A DNA stretch of 50,237 nt, filler included, from Jimgerdemannia flammicorona (taxonomy: Eukaryota): assembly GCA_003990765.1 (NCBI GenBank). It is 2 parts of 2 records of this genome, joined end to end, with 100 filler letters (N's around TTAATTAATTAA, not from the genome) between each part and the next. Parts side by side here need not be neighbours in the genome. Positions count along the whole stretch, not along the records: positions 1 to 25,074 come from RBNJ01000886.1; 1 more part is not named here. One strand, given 5' to 3'. A program made the position numbers and the translations under genes. The first letter of the stretch is position 1. Each line of letters begins with the position of its first letter. The notes under the pieces were generated by a model that ran no database searches, was not told the DNA's origin, and saw nothing but the letters and a program-made list of their open reading frames with translations. Below, in pieces: positions 12,338-25,174 of this stretch.

Positions 12338-13906
12338 TGTAATGGTAACCTCAGAATGATGACATCAGTATAGGAGACAGCCTTTCCTTGCAAGCCACTA
12401 GATTGAAGCTCAAGAAGATCATATAGTATACAAGATGAGCAATTATGACCAACTGTGAGTCATTGTGACCACAGTACAGATATCTTGAGGAATATAAAAG
12501 AAGGATCAAGGAACCACAGTAGCAGCAACTCAACAAGACCCACCAATCCCAAAATAGCTCAAAGACTTACAATAAATGAAATGTCTGCTGCTTGCCAAAC
12601 CTCAAGGTCAAGGAACCACCAAGGTACCTCAGTCAAAGAAAAGATGTTCCAAGACATCAGAAGAGCCATGAGGACCCACAAAAGAAGGACTCCTAGTGTC
12701 AACCTGGGCACTGGTGACCCTTATCACTATATTCTCTACTGCTGTGAAATGGAAACAAGAATCACTATTACTACTGAATACCTCCAAATGTGGCAAGAGT
12801 ATAAAATAGGAAACCTCCTCTACTGGGAGTTTCCACAGGCCAGCCCTCAAGAGTTACAAGATACCACTCCCATGGATATATATGAAATAAGAACAGCTAA
12901 GAAGATCCATCAGATCTTCAGACATGCATCATAGTCAATCTCCAACTTGGAGTATGTTAGAGTCTCAGACTCTCTGTCAGCCCACCGTATCAATACACTA
13001 GAAGCCAGGGTGGCTACAGAAGCCCAGTCTACTATCACCCTCAATGGTGATGAAGTAGAAGACTTCTGGCATCCCATCCTTCAGGACAACTCAGACAAAT
13101 TCCTGCAAGAATGATCTCAGTATTCCAAGGCCCAAGCATCCAGGTTAGACCTCCCTAAGACCCCACATTTGTCTCCTATTTCATAGAAGAGAACCTCATA
13201 GACTGGAGAGCTCCAGACCTCCTTATTCCTGTCACTACCAAATATGATGACATCATTGGCAATGATGTCATCCTGCACAATATATGCAAAATGCATAACC
13301 TGCTTGATGACAATAAGATGGACAAAACATTCACAGACCTCATCTCCTTTGAAGACATCCTGATCTCTAATGAGGATGAAGCCTCTATGGTCTTGAACAT
13401 TCTGCTCTAAGTTCCTTGGTTATATTGAATTATGCCAGCACTCTCTTTCTGTATAACAGCTATTTCTCTACTGGCATTCTGATGTGACTCAGAATTATTC
13501 CAGCATCATTTTCCTATATCTCCAAAATTATACCAGTATTCTGAATCTGTGCAACCATCAGTGCCAATACTGGAACTTAGCAGTTTTCTATGTCCTGGCA
13601 TTTTGTTTGGTTATTGGAATTTATATTTAGCTTCATATCTTAGCAACCATTAAATTATATTTTATATAAATATTCCTCTTATTTTCTCTGAAATAAAGTC
13701 AGTTCTTCTCAGTGCAATACATATAATTCCTTATAAGCAATCTAAAGAGATAACAAGACAGTTTAAAGATAAGAAGTTTGAGGACTATAAGACCTTGGGA
13801 AGGTACTCCAATAAGAACTTGCTTATAACAAACTTGAGTTAGTCTAAGACATATATCTTGAAGAGAATCTAACATAATTGAAGGACTCAGCAACAACTTT
13901 GTGACA
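12338..13906 (+). repeat. A1 3' LTR (1569 bp), preceded by a PPT; carries the U3 ORF at 12581-13410
   Basis: TGTAAT...GTGACA; purine tract AGGTGGAAGA immediately upstream. Confidence 0.95.
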
Positions 13907-14814
13907 CTAACTAAGGATATTAATTTTATTATAAATATATTTAAAAATAATAATAAACTGAACACTTTTTAATATCTAGATATATTAATATTACTAATAC
14001 AAAAATTATTTAATAATTTAGTTTAAACTATAATATTAATTATTTTTATTAAAAAACTTAAATATAACTAAAAACAAAATGATAATTTATCAATTTTATT
14101 GAAGTTATATAGGTTATATATTTCTCTGCATTATGATGAATGATATAAATCTAATAGAATGGTATAAGGTCATGTACTGGTATATTGAGTTACCATCTCA
14201 TACTCCCACTTAATGAGATATTTAAACCAAAAAAAAGAATACAATATATACTCTGAAAAAAAATGCAAACCAGAATAAAAAGCAATGCAAAATATATATT
14301 CAAAAACTGAAACCATATATAACTCAAAGAACAAGAAATTCTATATCTATGGAATTTTCACAGGTTGAAAAGTATTTTGAAATATATGAAATATCTATAG
14401 AAATATACTGTAACCAACTTAAAGATAAGAGATGTAATCAATATAGAAGGTAGATACATATATTGATAGTATGAAAGGCTTTTGATAGTCTGAAAATTAT
14501 TCCATAGATAATCAAATGCTGGTATATAGCCTTATAAGATCTATTCTTTTAGTATATTACTTGACTATTTTCTTTATATTTGTGATTGAAATGATGTTTA
14601 TTTTATTCTATTATATATAATGTACTATATTCTTGATGAGTGTAATCATAGACTAGTTATCTTAGTATAGTATAGTACTTTCTTATATAAATCTGAGCTT
14701 CTTTAATAGTTTGCAAAGCTTGCTTGATGCTGTATAGTCTTGTATAATTTGTATATGAGCTTACCATTAGAGCTATTATATAGTTGATTGATAGACATAT
14801 AATTTAGTATCTAT

Positions 14815-16072
14815 TGTGACAAGCCAAGACGTACCACCCGAATCATATCTTAACCAGATGATGCGAACAAGATGACGTGAACACTCAGCCTAGTAACTAG
14901 CAACCCTTGCTGCGGAAATTGTATAAATAGCCAGATATACCAGAAAGGGTCTGTTTACCTGTACAGGTCCTGTACACCGTACAGACTCTGTACACCTGCC
15001 ATAAGTAGCAGACCTATAGTTAGCCACATAGTAACCAGATAGCAACCAACTTGTATAAATTACCCCAGTGGCGAGAGTGAATAAAACCTCAGTCTGAAAG
15101 TTGAATACAAACCAAAGCAAAAGTCAATTGTCTGGTACACTTAGGAGAAACGCCTGCCAAAAGCCACTTGATCCAGGAAGGATTGCAACACTTAGGAGAT
15201 ACGCCTGCCAACGAGCCACTGCCAAGAAGTTGTGAGCTTGGTTCTCTTCTCTTCCACTCCGGTCCACTTTCCGATACAAAGCCTGAAGTTTGCTGCCCAA
15301 GTTCAAGGAAGAACTTCGCCGCCGTTTCCCAGTTAGAAGCCTGCCGATTCAGAAAGAATCCGCGCCATCCGAGTTAATTCCCAGTTAAGCCGCCGTTTTC
15401 AAGAAGCCCGCCAAATCTGCATTGTCCGCCACTTTCGAGTTATCCGCATTCCCAGAAGAGCCCGATTCGGAAGAACTCGCGCCCTTCGAGTAGTATTCCC
15501 CGTCGAAGCCGATCCGCGACCTCCGAGTTATCCGAGTTATCCGAGTCACCCGAGTTATCCGAGTTATCCAAGTCACCCAAGTTATCTGAGTTACCCGTTG
15601 TTCCCAGTGAACCCGAGTTATTGAGTTACCCGCCGCCAGTCTTATTCCAGTATAGAAGAACCCGCGCCATATATTCCCAGTGAGCCAAATCAAGTCACCC
15701 GCCAGAAATCGCATACTTTTGGAAACTCGTTGCGCTACACAAAGATCGCCGTGCTACACAAAGATCGCCCGCTACCCAAGAAGGAGAACCGTTAAATTGC
15801 CAGACCGTCACGCACAAGGAGATCGTCGCGCTACACAGAAATTGTGCCATTCCCAGTTGACCCAAGAAGGAAGTCCATTCACACACAAATCGCCACTACA
15901 CCCAGAGAACTGTCCCAAAAAGGAAATCGCTCGCACAGTATCCAGATCTTGACTATTATACCGCTAAACACCAAGAACATTTTGTTGCTTTTAACAAAGT
16001 AACTGGGGGCTCAAGCCAAACTACATCAACCCCCAACCTTGTAATTTGCCTCCATTGAGCCGGCATGTTACA
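14815..16072 (+). mobile_element. Solo LTR (family C, B-related), 1258 bp, CpG-rich
   Basis: TGTGAC...ATGTTACA termini; 4-bp TSD CTAT at 14811-14814 and 16073-16076; TATA/AATAAA block at 15054-15090 resembles the family B LTR at 38723-38760; interrupts the Copia RT. Confidence 0.85.
15523..15594. repeat. 9-bp tandem repeat (CCGAGTTAT) x8
   Basis: Read directly, with variant units CCGAGTCAC, CCAAGTCAC, CCAAGTTAT, CTGAGTTAC. Confidence 0.9.
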
Positions 16073-17844
16073 CTATGTCACTATTCAGAAATACTGTCTT
16101 GCACTATTTAATAGATTTCAAGATTATATATCATACTAATCACAAGGAGTATTATAAGTAAAGTAAGCTTAAATATTAGTAAAAATATCTCATCATAGTC
16201 TATATCATAATCTTGTGAATAAACTTTGTCAATGAAATGAGCTTTATAATACGCTATACTTCTGTCACTCTTATGCTTGATTCTATAGACTCAATTGAAT
16301 CTGATTGCTTGACAAATATAGCTTGGTAGAATATATAAAAAAATAAGTACTAATTCAAGATTACAATATTGTAAATGATTGCCAAGCATTATGTAAGATG
16401 TTGAACTTATAAATAAAGCTCATAACTTTTATTATAAAGAGAGTGATTTTATTAAAGTTGTATAGGTTATGTATTTCTCTATATTACTGATAAATATCAT
16501 AAATCTGATAGAATGGTATAAGGTTATATGCTGGTATATAAAGTTATAATTAAAAGATAAATTTAAAATTTCTAAATTAAAGTTTTATAGAAGTTTTATA
16601 TCTTAGATATTTAATAATATTTTTTCTAATTATTATAAAATATTAGTAATTTTTATAATCTATTATATTCTTATTATTAGAGATCTTAGAGTCTTATATT
16701 GTCTCTACTCAAAGTCTAATATATATTTATATCTAGAAAGAAATATAAGTATTAGAGTAAGAGATAATATTTATATTAGATTTAAGTATAAAGTTAAATT
16801 TTTATTATAGAGAAGAAAGGTTATATTATTATAATATAAATATATATATAAATACTAAGATATATAATGAGAGTAATAATAAAATAGACAACTTAATAAC
16901 AATTGACTAAAATATACAAATATATAAATCTATCTCTTAAATAATATATGAGAATCTCTTTATAGTAGTGATTTTTTAATCTAATTTTTTTGACTTCATA
17001 TTTCCTAACTCAATTTAGCTAAAAAAAGTATAAAAAATCAATAGTTAAATATTTTTAAAAAGTTATCATAATTTTCTAAACTATAAATTTTTAAAATTTA
17101 TATCTAAATTTAGATATATTTCTATCTAAGAGATAAAAATAGAACTTATTTATTATAGAGAAAACAAAGTATATTATTGTAATTAATTATATAACTAACA
17201 AAATAAAAATAGCAAATAGATATAAAGATTAGAGTTAGACTTTAAGTTATAATATATTTATTATATAAAAGATAATATATGTTAGTATTAAACAATATAA
17301 CTACTAAAGATAAAAAAAATTAAAAAAGTACTGTAAAGTAAATAACTAACTAAGAATTAGATAAATTAAATCAGTAATAACTACTCTAAGATAAGGACAA
17401 CATAGACTATTTTATTATAGCTCTGAAGAAAATAAGATATAAAAGTAAAAATAAAAAAAATTAAATTAAAATATATAAACTTCTGAAATCTACTGTAAGA
17501 AAACTGAAAGAAACTATATAATAACCAAATACTAACAGCTAATATAAAATAATAATTTAAAGTTATCTCAATAATAAGAATACAAACTAAGATAAATAAG
17601 AAAATAAAATAAAATAAAAAATACATACAATTACTCTATTATCTAAGTTCTCTATAATTATATTAAGATGAAAGTCTACTATAAAATAACTATTAGAATT
17701 ATATATATTATTAATAGTATAATATACTGACTTATGAAGAGTATGAAGAGAATAAGTATAATATATATATATATTATAGTCTCTTGGAATCCTTTCTTTA
17801 TTAATATACTCATCTATCCTATATATAATACACTGAGTCTACCC

Positions 17845-20800
17845 CTAACTGATCCCCCTAGGGGGACCCCCCCACTCCCACACCTACTTGATTAAAGACC
17901 ACCAGGCCATTAACTATCTCCACCTATCTACAACTTTGTTCACATATCTCATCCATCAATTGGCACTGACATCTACCTTGGAGACCTCATCCAACCTACC
18001 ACCCTGTCAATATATCTCCCAACAACTCCTCTCATCTTAGCAACCTCTCCTGCAATCTCATCTGTTGCCTCTCTTTAAAAACAAAGAGCCAATGTCCAGC
18101 CAGTCCTACCCATACAGCTAAATTCCACTCTATAGTGAGCTATTTATTACCTATACCTCCCACCAACCTATTCCTCAAATCTTCCCAATGATCTCTCTCC
18201 CCATCTGGCCTCCTCTTCACCTCCAGCCAGTCCCCTACTGCTATCCAAAAGTCCCTCAGAACCTCACACTACCTTCTGCATCAGTAGCACCCATCCCCCC
18301 CCCCCATAGTTCAATAGTCCACCACCAAGCTCTTAGGCAGTACAGCCTCTTAGGAAAATCCACCAATCCTAGTCCCCCTCAAACCACTGGCTTAGAAAGA
18401 GTATTCCAACTTATCTGAGACTGCCTCTCAGCCTAAATCTAATCCCTAGCCAGTTTCATCAGTCTCTTCACCACCCAGACCAGAAAGTCCAAGTGATAAG
18501 CAATATACCACAGCTTGGGAAACCAGTAGATATTCAGAATTGATACCCAGCCTGCTAGAGAGATATGGCGACCTCCCCAACCTCTAAGAGCCTCCTGCCA
18601 GATGGCCACCCTCCTCTCTCACCACACCTGTGGCAAGACAGAACTATATACTGAAAGAAAGATACCAAGATACCTCACCACCTCTCCTACAGAGGCAATT
18701 GTTCCAATGACATCCCCTCCTACTAGCCCATTGCCTAACATCATTGTCTCATACTTATGCCAGTTGAGTTTCACTCCAGAATGTGCCTCATACCATTCCA
18801 CCATCTCCTTGAGTGCCTCAACATCTGTAACCAATTCAAGTCCAACTACCATATAATCTGCAAAAGCCCCCACCTTCTACACCATACCATAGATAGAGAG
18901 CTCTGCCACTTTCTGTCGAATTTTATCTATTAAAAATTCTAATAAAAGGTTATATAGAATAGGAGACAGTGGATCCCCCTAAGGAACTCCTCTCTCCAAG
19001 AGAAATACCAGACCTCAGTGGCCTTTACACAACAGTACCACCCTACTGCCCTCCAACAGACTCAATATAGAAGCTCAAAAGATTGAGAGAACTCCAATTC
19101 TATCCAGCACCTTGCCCAGCCATACTGCCAAACTCAGTCATAGGCCTTCTCCTGGTCCAAAAAGGCTAGTCTCCCATCCAATTCACTGGCCTATACCCCT
19201 TCAATGATGCCATAAACCCAAGCCATCCCATCCCTGATAAGTCTGCCTCCAACAAAGCCCTACTGCTCCTCACCCAGCACCTGTTGGGCAACCTTCTGTA
19301 ATCTTGCTACTAGTAATCATCTTCCTGTCTATATCTAGAAGCATAATTAGCTCTAGTTCTTTCAGTCCTCCCTCCTTCCCTTATCTTTGTATAACAGGTC
19401 CACTAGCCCTAAGTCTTACCCTCCAACCCACTGACCATTCAGAAGAACAAGATTACAGAGAGCCACCATCTCTCCTAATACTCCTGGGATCCTCACCATC
19501 TTCTTCCAAAAGTCCTAAGATAAACCATCCTCTCCTAGTACTATTCCAAGCTTAGTCACTACCAGGACTCTCTGGAACTCCTCCTTTTGGACTGGTAGGA
19601 TCAAATCCCCCAGGCCCTCCACATGTGGTGGCTCCCAACTCTCCAAAGCATCTTCAATTGTATCAGCAACAGCACCCCCTTTCTCCTCACTCTACAGCTC
19701 CCTTCACTGCTCCTTCAACAGCCCCAAGATCTATTGTGTACCATGTATCATTTCCCCATCTATATCCAGGACTCCATTCCATTGCTGCTGCACCCTTCTT
19801 GCCTGGAGGAGCCTTGCCAAGTACCTTGTAGGCCTCTCACCCTCCTCAAGCCCCTGCCACCTCAGCTGAGCTGCCAATCCCTTCATATGCGACTTTTCCT
19901 CCTCTCTCAAAACCTGTTGCAACTCCACCACTTCTAGCTTAGCTTGCCCTAGCCTCCAAATATCCCCCTCTCCAGAGTTTAACAACTCAGTCCATTTTAT
20001 CTGTAATCTAACCAGCTGATTGGAAGCATATCTCACCCTTTTCCTTCTCTACCTCCCAGCCTCTCTACCAACTCTACCCAGTAGTCTCTTGCAGCCTCTT
20101 TCAACTTCATCTACCAGATATTCACTGACAAGCCCTCATGTATCCAGCTAGTAATCCTCACCTGAATGTCCTCTGCCCAAGAGTCCTACAACATCTTCTC
20201 ATTTAGCAGAGAGGAGTTAAAGTGCCAATGTCTGGGTCCATCTCTACTCCCCCCAAACTGCCCCTGCCCTAACAGCTCCCAGTGATCTGACCATGGGCCC
20301 ACTCCACCTCTATAGTCCTCCAAACATCCACACCCCAGCTTTTGGCTGTCAAGACTCAGTCAATCCTTACACCCAGGCCATTCACCCAGTACATATAGAC
20401 TCTCCTGTCTCTCTAATGTGTTCTGCCTATATCCCCTAAGGAGCTAAGGTTCTCTATCTCCTCCCATGTATCCAGGCCACCACTCCTCCCACCAGCACAC
20501 CTTCCTCTATCAGTTCTATCTAACTGTAGATTCTGCACCATATTGAAGTCACCTCCCAAAACATCTACCCCATCCTCCAATAGAGTGCCCTCCTCCAAAA
20601 GACTCTTAATCCATACAATACACTCACCCCTGTCTGCAGGGCAGTAGCAAGAGCCAACCCTCACTGGCTCTCACTCAGGTTGACACCATTCTCCCCATAC
20701 CCAACAGTCTCCCCAGCTCCTGATTCCACATAGATCCCCTTTACCACTCTGTACCAAAATTGCCACTTTGCCAATCCAAGCTGTAGCTCCTCCCCATTCT

Positions 20801-20961
20801 CTAGTCTACTCCATTTGATCCACTTCATTCTCACACCATGCATCCTGCAGCAGAAATAGATCAGCCTCCAATCCCTTAAACCAAGTGAAAATGTTCTTAT
20901 ATCACCCAGATCCCCATAACACATTCACATTCAGAGAGAAAATATTAGTTGTACTGTTTAT
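17845..20961 (-). pseudogene. LINE ORF2 pseudogene (APE + RT)
   Basis: GSCYCPAD, LGGDFNMV, WSDH, GPRHWHFNSSLL, WQGLEEGERPTRY, GDPLSPILY, AFADY, SGVKLNWHKY, VRYLGI; 3' limit approximate. Confidence 0.88.
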
Positions 20962-20998
20962 TGAGAGTAATGTTTAGAAGTAAGGTCTTGCTCATCCT

Positions 20999-23027
20999 CT
21001 ACAAATCCACATTCATCCCCTCCTGAGCCATGTCCAGGTTTTGTTCAGCTGCTAATTCCTTCTCTTCAGCCCTCTTTGCCTCCAATCCAATCAGAAGTTC
21101 AGCCAGCTCTCTATCCTCCTTTTCCTCAAATTCCTCATAATACTCCAGGCAGGCCTCCTGCCAGAGTTATAAACCATGATGTTCTGCCCAGCAGTAGGCA
21201 GCCCTCTCACCAGCAACAACCACCTGTTCAGCCTCTCTCTCCTTATCAACCTCATACCCCTCCTCCTCCAGAAAAATTACCAGCACCTCTGCCTTCAGTG
21301 CCTCCACTACTCTATCACTATATAGAATCTGTGTCCAATACTCCTCACTCATCACTCTCAGGTCCACTTCTCCCAACTCTTCAGCTGCAAGGTTGTTCAT
21401 CATTCAGCTCATCCACAGCAGGTTACCCACCTCCTTCTCTCCTGGTTATGCTGGCCTCCCTGTACTCAGCATTGTGGTATCTGCCTCTGTACTTGTAGAC
21501 TTATCTCACTCCTCCTCTGGGACATCCACCAGCTCATCCTCACCAACCACCACCACCTGTCCCCCTTTCACCACATTGGGAACTCCAAAGTATACTTACT
21601 GGGTACCTCACATCAGTACATCCTCCACCACCCTGCTCTTTGCAGCTGGGCCCTGCCTGATAAGAGGGGGGGTATCTTCCAAGACCTGCTCCCAGACTTC
21701 AAATGTGCCATCTATATAAGAGTTCTTATGTGGCATCTTCCCAGCCCACCTTCTGGCCCTCCTCTATATCCCCTCCTCCCTTACTAGCCCAGATACTTGC
21801 TTCAGCACCCCCAGACTCCTTCTCACCACCAGCATTCTTCTTTGCTCCTCCTTCTATGCTTACCAATAACTCTCTCTGCCTCTTGTAACCTTGAGCCCTC
21901 TCCCACTGCCTCTTGTCAGTGCAAATATATTTCTCATCCATAATCTCCAAATGTGTTGACTCTATATATGTCTTCTAGGCCTTCACCCTCCACTCCACTG
22001 CTTCACTTATCTCCTCCAGTACCTCCAACCGATTCTCCTCCTCCTCCTCACTCTCTTTCACCCTTGACATCTTACAGATAAAGGCCCCCCACAGCATTAC
22101 CAAAGGCCAGTCACTCACCTTCCCTATGGCCTCTCTCTTAGCCAGTCTCAATCTGATATCAATGTCTCTAGTCCTGAAAGTAGTCCCCTCCTACATCTGA
22201 AATCTGATATCAATCATATTACTATACTCTGCTATCACCTCCTCCACCCTCCTCCTCATCTCAACCATTGTTACTATAGGCACCCCCTTCATCAGTAACT
22301 GAACCACTCTGGGGTCCCACCTTAGATAGTATACTATGGGAACCATCACTTTACCTATAGTGACTCCAGTCTTTAATACTTCTTCCAGTGGGCCTGCCTC
22401 CTCAAAACTCACTTTGACTCCCTCCAGTCTCTTCAGAAACTTCACTGAGGCCACTCCTGCCACTTGCTTCAAGGTAATCCCAGGACCATCCTTGCTATTA
22501 CTACTAAGCTCCAGAAGCATAAGGTTGCTATAAACTCTGAGATTGACTTCTTGAGTAATGGTGCCACTACAGCCCTGCCACACCATTGGCCAGGTCCCAC
22601 TTCCTTTTTGGTCCCATCAGCCCAGCCCCCCCATCAGCAGTCACATCTGGATTTTTTTCCAGATCCCAGTCATGCCACCATCAGCAGTCCCCCCCCTACC
22701 CCCAGCTGCTGCTACACCAGCCCTTCCATCTGCCAGCCTAGAAGCTGAACCCCCTGCTTCCACTTCCCTCTGCTTCTCCTTCTCCCCTGCCTAACCTCTT
22801 CAAGATCCAACAGGTCATTCTCCATTCTTCAGTATATCAGCAAAGCTCCTCTCCCTCTGCCCTCCTGCCCTTCCTCCAGTACTACTTCCACTGTCTGAGC
22901 TTCCCTGCCCACTCAGACCACTGAAAGAACCCATCCCCAATCCATACCCTCATCTAATATATTGCCAGTCAAAGACTCCAGGTCCATCTGACCTAGTATA
23001 TACATTGGCTTCTTTGTTGGTTGTTAT
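20999..23027 (-). pseudogene. LINE ORF1 pseudogene
   Basis: Same peptides as ORF1 of copy 1 (SVKFLKRLEGVKVSFEEAGPLEE; FLEEEGYEVDKE; RAAYCW). Confidence 0.75.
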
Positions 23028-23336
23028 GACCTTAGTACTATTCTCCAATAAACATCTTGAGAGTGTGTTGTAAAGTATGTGTAATGTGAATGGTAGCTGA
23101 GAAAGGTATTGGTATAATATTTCTCTTATAATTTATCATCAGAGATTCTATTAAGTTACTTATAATCAGAATCTTGTCTAAAGATAGAATATAAATTATA
23201 AAAAAGACTAAATTTATAAAGATAGCTATAATAGAACTAATCTTTATATAGGGCTGATCAAAATAGCTATTGTATGAGATAAGTATAGATCTTGTAAACT
23301 AGAATAAAAGGAGAAGAATACTGTTAGCTCTCTGTT

Positions 23337-23369
23337 TTTTTTTTTTTTTTTTTTGGTTTTACAGACCAC
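23337..23369 (-). mobile_element. Micro-retroposed insertion: 15 nt plus poly(A), flanked by a 12-bp duplication
   Basis: TAGCTCTCTGTT at 23325-23336 and 23370-23381 flanking T18-GGTTTTACAGACCAC. Confidence 0.65.
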
Positions 23370-24289
23370 TAGCTCTCTGTTATCATAAGTAGCTATAAGG
23401 TGTAATATACTGAATAAGTATCTGTAAAAAGGAGACCCATTTCTACTATAGCTAATCCTAAAAGAATAACTAATAAAAGAAGTAGAGTAAGTAAGTTTAT
23501 AAACTTAAGAACAGAGATCCTACTACTAGTTAAGAAATTTATACTAAGCAGGCTAAACCTGGACCTGATCAATTATAAAACTCATAAAATATATAATAAA
23601 GTGCATGCTAAGAAGACTAACAGAATTGTTGCCTATCTATAATATATTAGTTCAAATGGACTTAAAATATATAGTAGAGATTAAATATATATGAAAACTA
23701 TGAATAAAGCTACCAACTATAGATTTGCTGAAAAATCTAACAGTATAGACTACTGTCTCATCAAAAGTCTAACTCAAAATATCTCAATACTCAAAGTATC
23801 AGAAATATTATAAAATAAGAAGTCTGAAGTAGAGAAAGACTATAATTAAATAAAGGTCTAATAAAAGTATAAAAATTATTAGTTTGATTAATAGTAACCA
23901 AGATTATAAGTATTGTAAAAATTAAAAGTCTTTTATGTTTTAGCTATATTTTACAATATAAGATTGATAAACTCAAACTGTATTTTGATATATAATATAT
24001 AAAAATATATATAGAAGGAGAGATACAGAAATAGTTTACTCTTAATTGGTATAGTATTATCAATAAGACCAATATAATTATACTTTTTGAGTTTGAGCTC
24101 TATACTATTTGTATTGAGTCAATTATTATAAAAGTCAACTATTTCTTTCTTTGAAGTAGTAGTTTAAGAGATAAGAGTAATATTATTAGTTTATACTTTT
24201 TAAAACTTTTATTAAAAAAGGTTGCAAGAGAATTTAATAAAATTATCAAATAGCTATGAGAAGAGAAAAAAGCCTTGAACATCTTTCTC

Positions 24290-24985
24290 AACTACTGCTC
24301 AAGTTATACAATTAATTCTACTATAATTTTCATAGTTTATTAGAGAAATATATTAAGAATATATTGTCAATTCAGAGCTCTAAGAAATGTACTAGACAGA
24401 AAGATCTTAGTGTATTTAACTAATAGAATATAGAGAGGGGTCATAGCTTGAGTGCAGGCCTCCTGGGCTTTAGACTAAGTAGATATAAAGTTAATATAGA
24501 TGGGAGGTCTAGAGCTAGCAGACCAGAAGCTGAAAGAATGAGCTTTACTGATAAGATCAAGACTGAGAGATAGTCAGTAGAACTGCATAGATGACTGTGG
24601 AGAAGAAAGGAGAAGACAATAATAGAATAACTAGAAGAGATAGTATAGAGTAATAGGAGTGATAGAGCTGATATAACAGTAACTAGAGAGGAGAGTTGAA
24701 CTGCTAATAGTGAGATAATAGTAAATCTGGAAAAAAAAAATAGATATGATAGCTGTGAGAAGTTAAAAGATATAAGGCTGAAGAATCTGATAGATGGTAT
24801 GATTGGTCAAGTAGTAGTATAACTCAAGAAGTCAGTGTCTAAATTTGTAGTCATTATATACTTCAGAGAACTAGTAGTCATATTAAAGATAGTTCTAGAC
24901 CTTCTGACTCAGCAGATAAAGGGAATTGCTTCAGTTAACTTTCTGTATAGGCTATAGAGAGTAGAGGTTGAATTTGAAGAGGAGG
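24290..24985 (+). pseudogene. Third LINE copy, 5'/ORF1 fragment, heavily mutated
   Basis: ATGTACTAGACAG.. resembles the MYTGQGGP region; GTAAATCTGGAAAAAAA; GCTTCAGTTAACTTTCTG..GTAGAGGTTGAATTTGAAGAG resembles ASVKFL..VEVGFEE. Confidence 0.65.
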
Positions 24986-25074
24986 TATAGATGACAGACC
25001 TTCCACTGATATACCTCATGTTATACAAATATATATGAACTACTTTTATATATTTTTTTTTTTTTTTTTTTTTT

Positions 25075-25174
25075 NNNNNNNNNNNNNNNNNNNNNNNNNN
25101 NNNNNNNNNNNNNNNNNNTTAATTAATTAANNNNNNNNNNNNNNNNNNNNNNNNNNNNNNNNNNNNNNNNNNNN
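25075..25174. other. Assembly gap with artificial linker (N44-TTAATTAATTAA-N44)
   Basis: Exactly 100 bp; the 12-mer places stop codons in all six frames. Confidence 0.97.

Larger units (their letters stand above)
4652..13906 (+). mobile_element. Ty3/Gypsy LTR retrotransposon, family A, copy A1, full length, degenerate
   Basis: Two LTRs, PBS, gag-PR-dUTPase-RT-RH then IN, PPT; 4-bp TSD CTAA at 4648-4651 and 13907-13910. Confidence 0.95.
14093..16546 (-). mobile_element. Internally deleted Ty1/Copia relic (about 1.2 kb without the nested solo LTR)
   Basis: About 100-bp direct repeats at 14093-14193 and 16448-16546; PBS-like AGTTATGAGCT at 16417-16427; PPT AAGTGGGAG at 14203-14211; RT peptide VYRIKHKSDRSIAYYKAHFIDKVYSQDYDIDYDEIF..KTVFLNSDID and RNaseH-like TILY*DN*SMITLIKN. 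Confidence 0.75.
17780..23105 (-). mobile_element. L1/Tx1-like LINE, second copy, near full length, degenerate
   Basis: ORF1 about 20999-23027, ORF2 about 17845-20961; AATAAA (minus strand) at 17797-17802 followed by a TA-rich end; related to but diverged from copy 1. Confidence 0.9.

Noticed and set aside
11969..12580. Possible extra ORF from the end of family A integrase through the PPT into the LTR (MMTSAQETAF frame), or stop read-through after VLVHES*
   Set aside because: More than one frame can be opened by reverting C>T. The apparent ATG (CATGAA) reads TACAAA in A2, pointing to a decayed CpG. Copies disagree on frame near CAACTCAAC/CAACCAAC. Unresolved without a consensus.
16550..17780. 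AT-rich block with a hydrophobic 81-aa ORF (17381-17626) and a recurring TTTATTATAGAGAA
   Set aside because: Composition artefact of terminally decayed repeat DNA; no recognisable motif.
23120..24290. Possible remnant of another coding element
   Set aside because: Looks like decayed coding sequence, but I could not recover a diagnostic motif.
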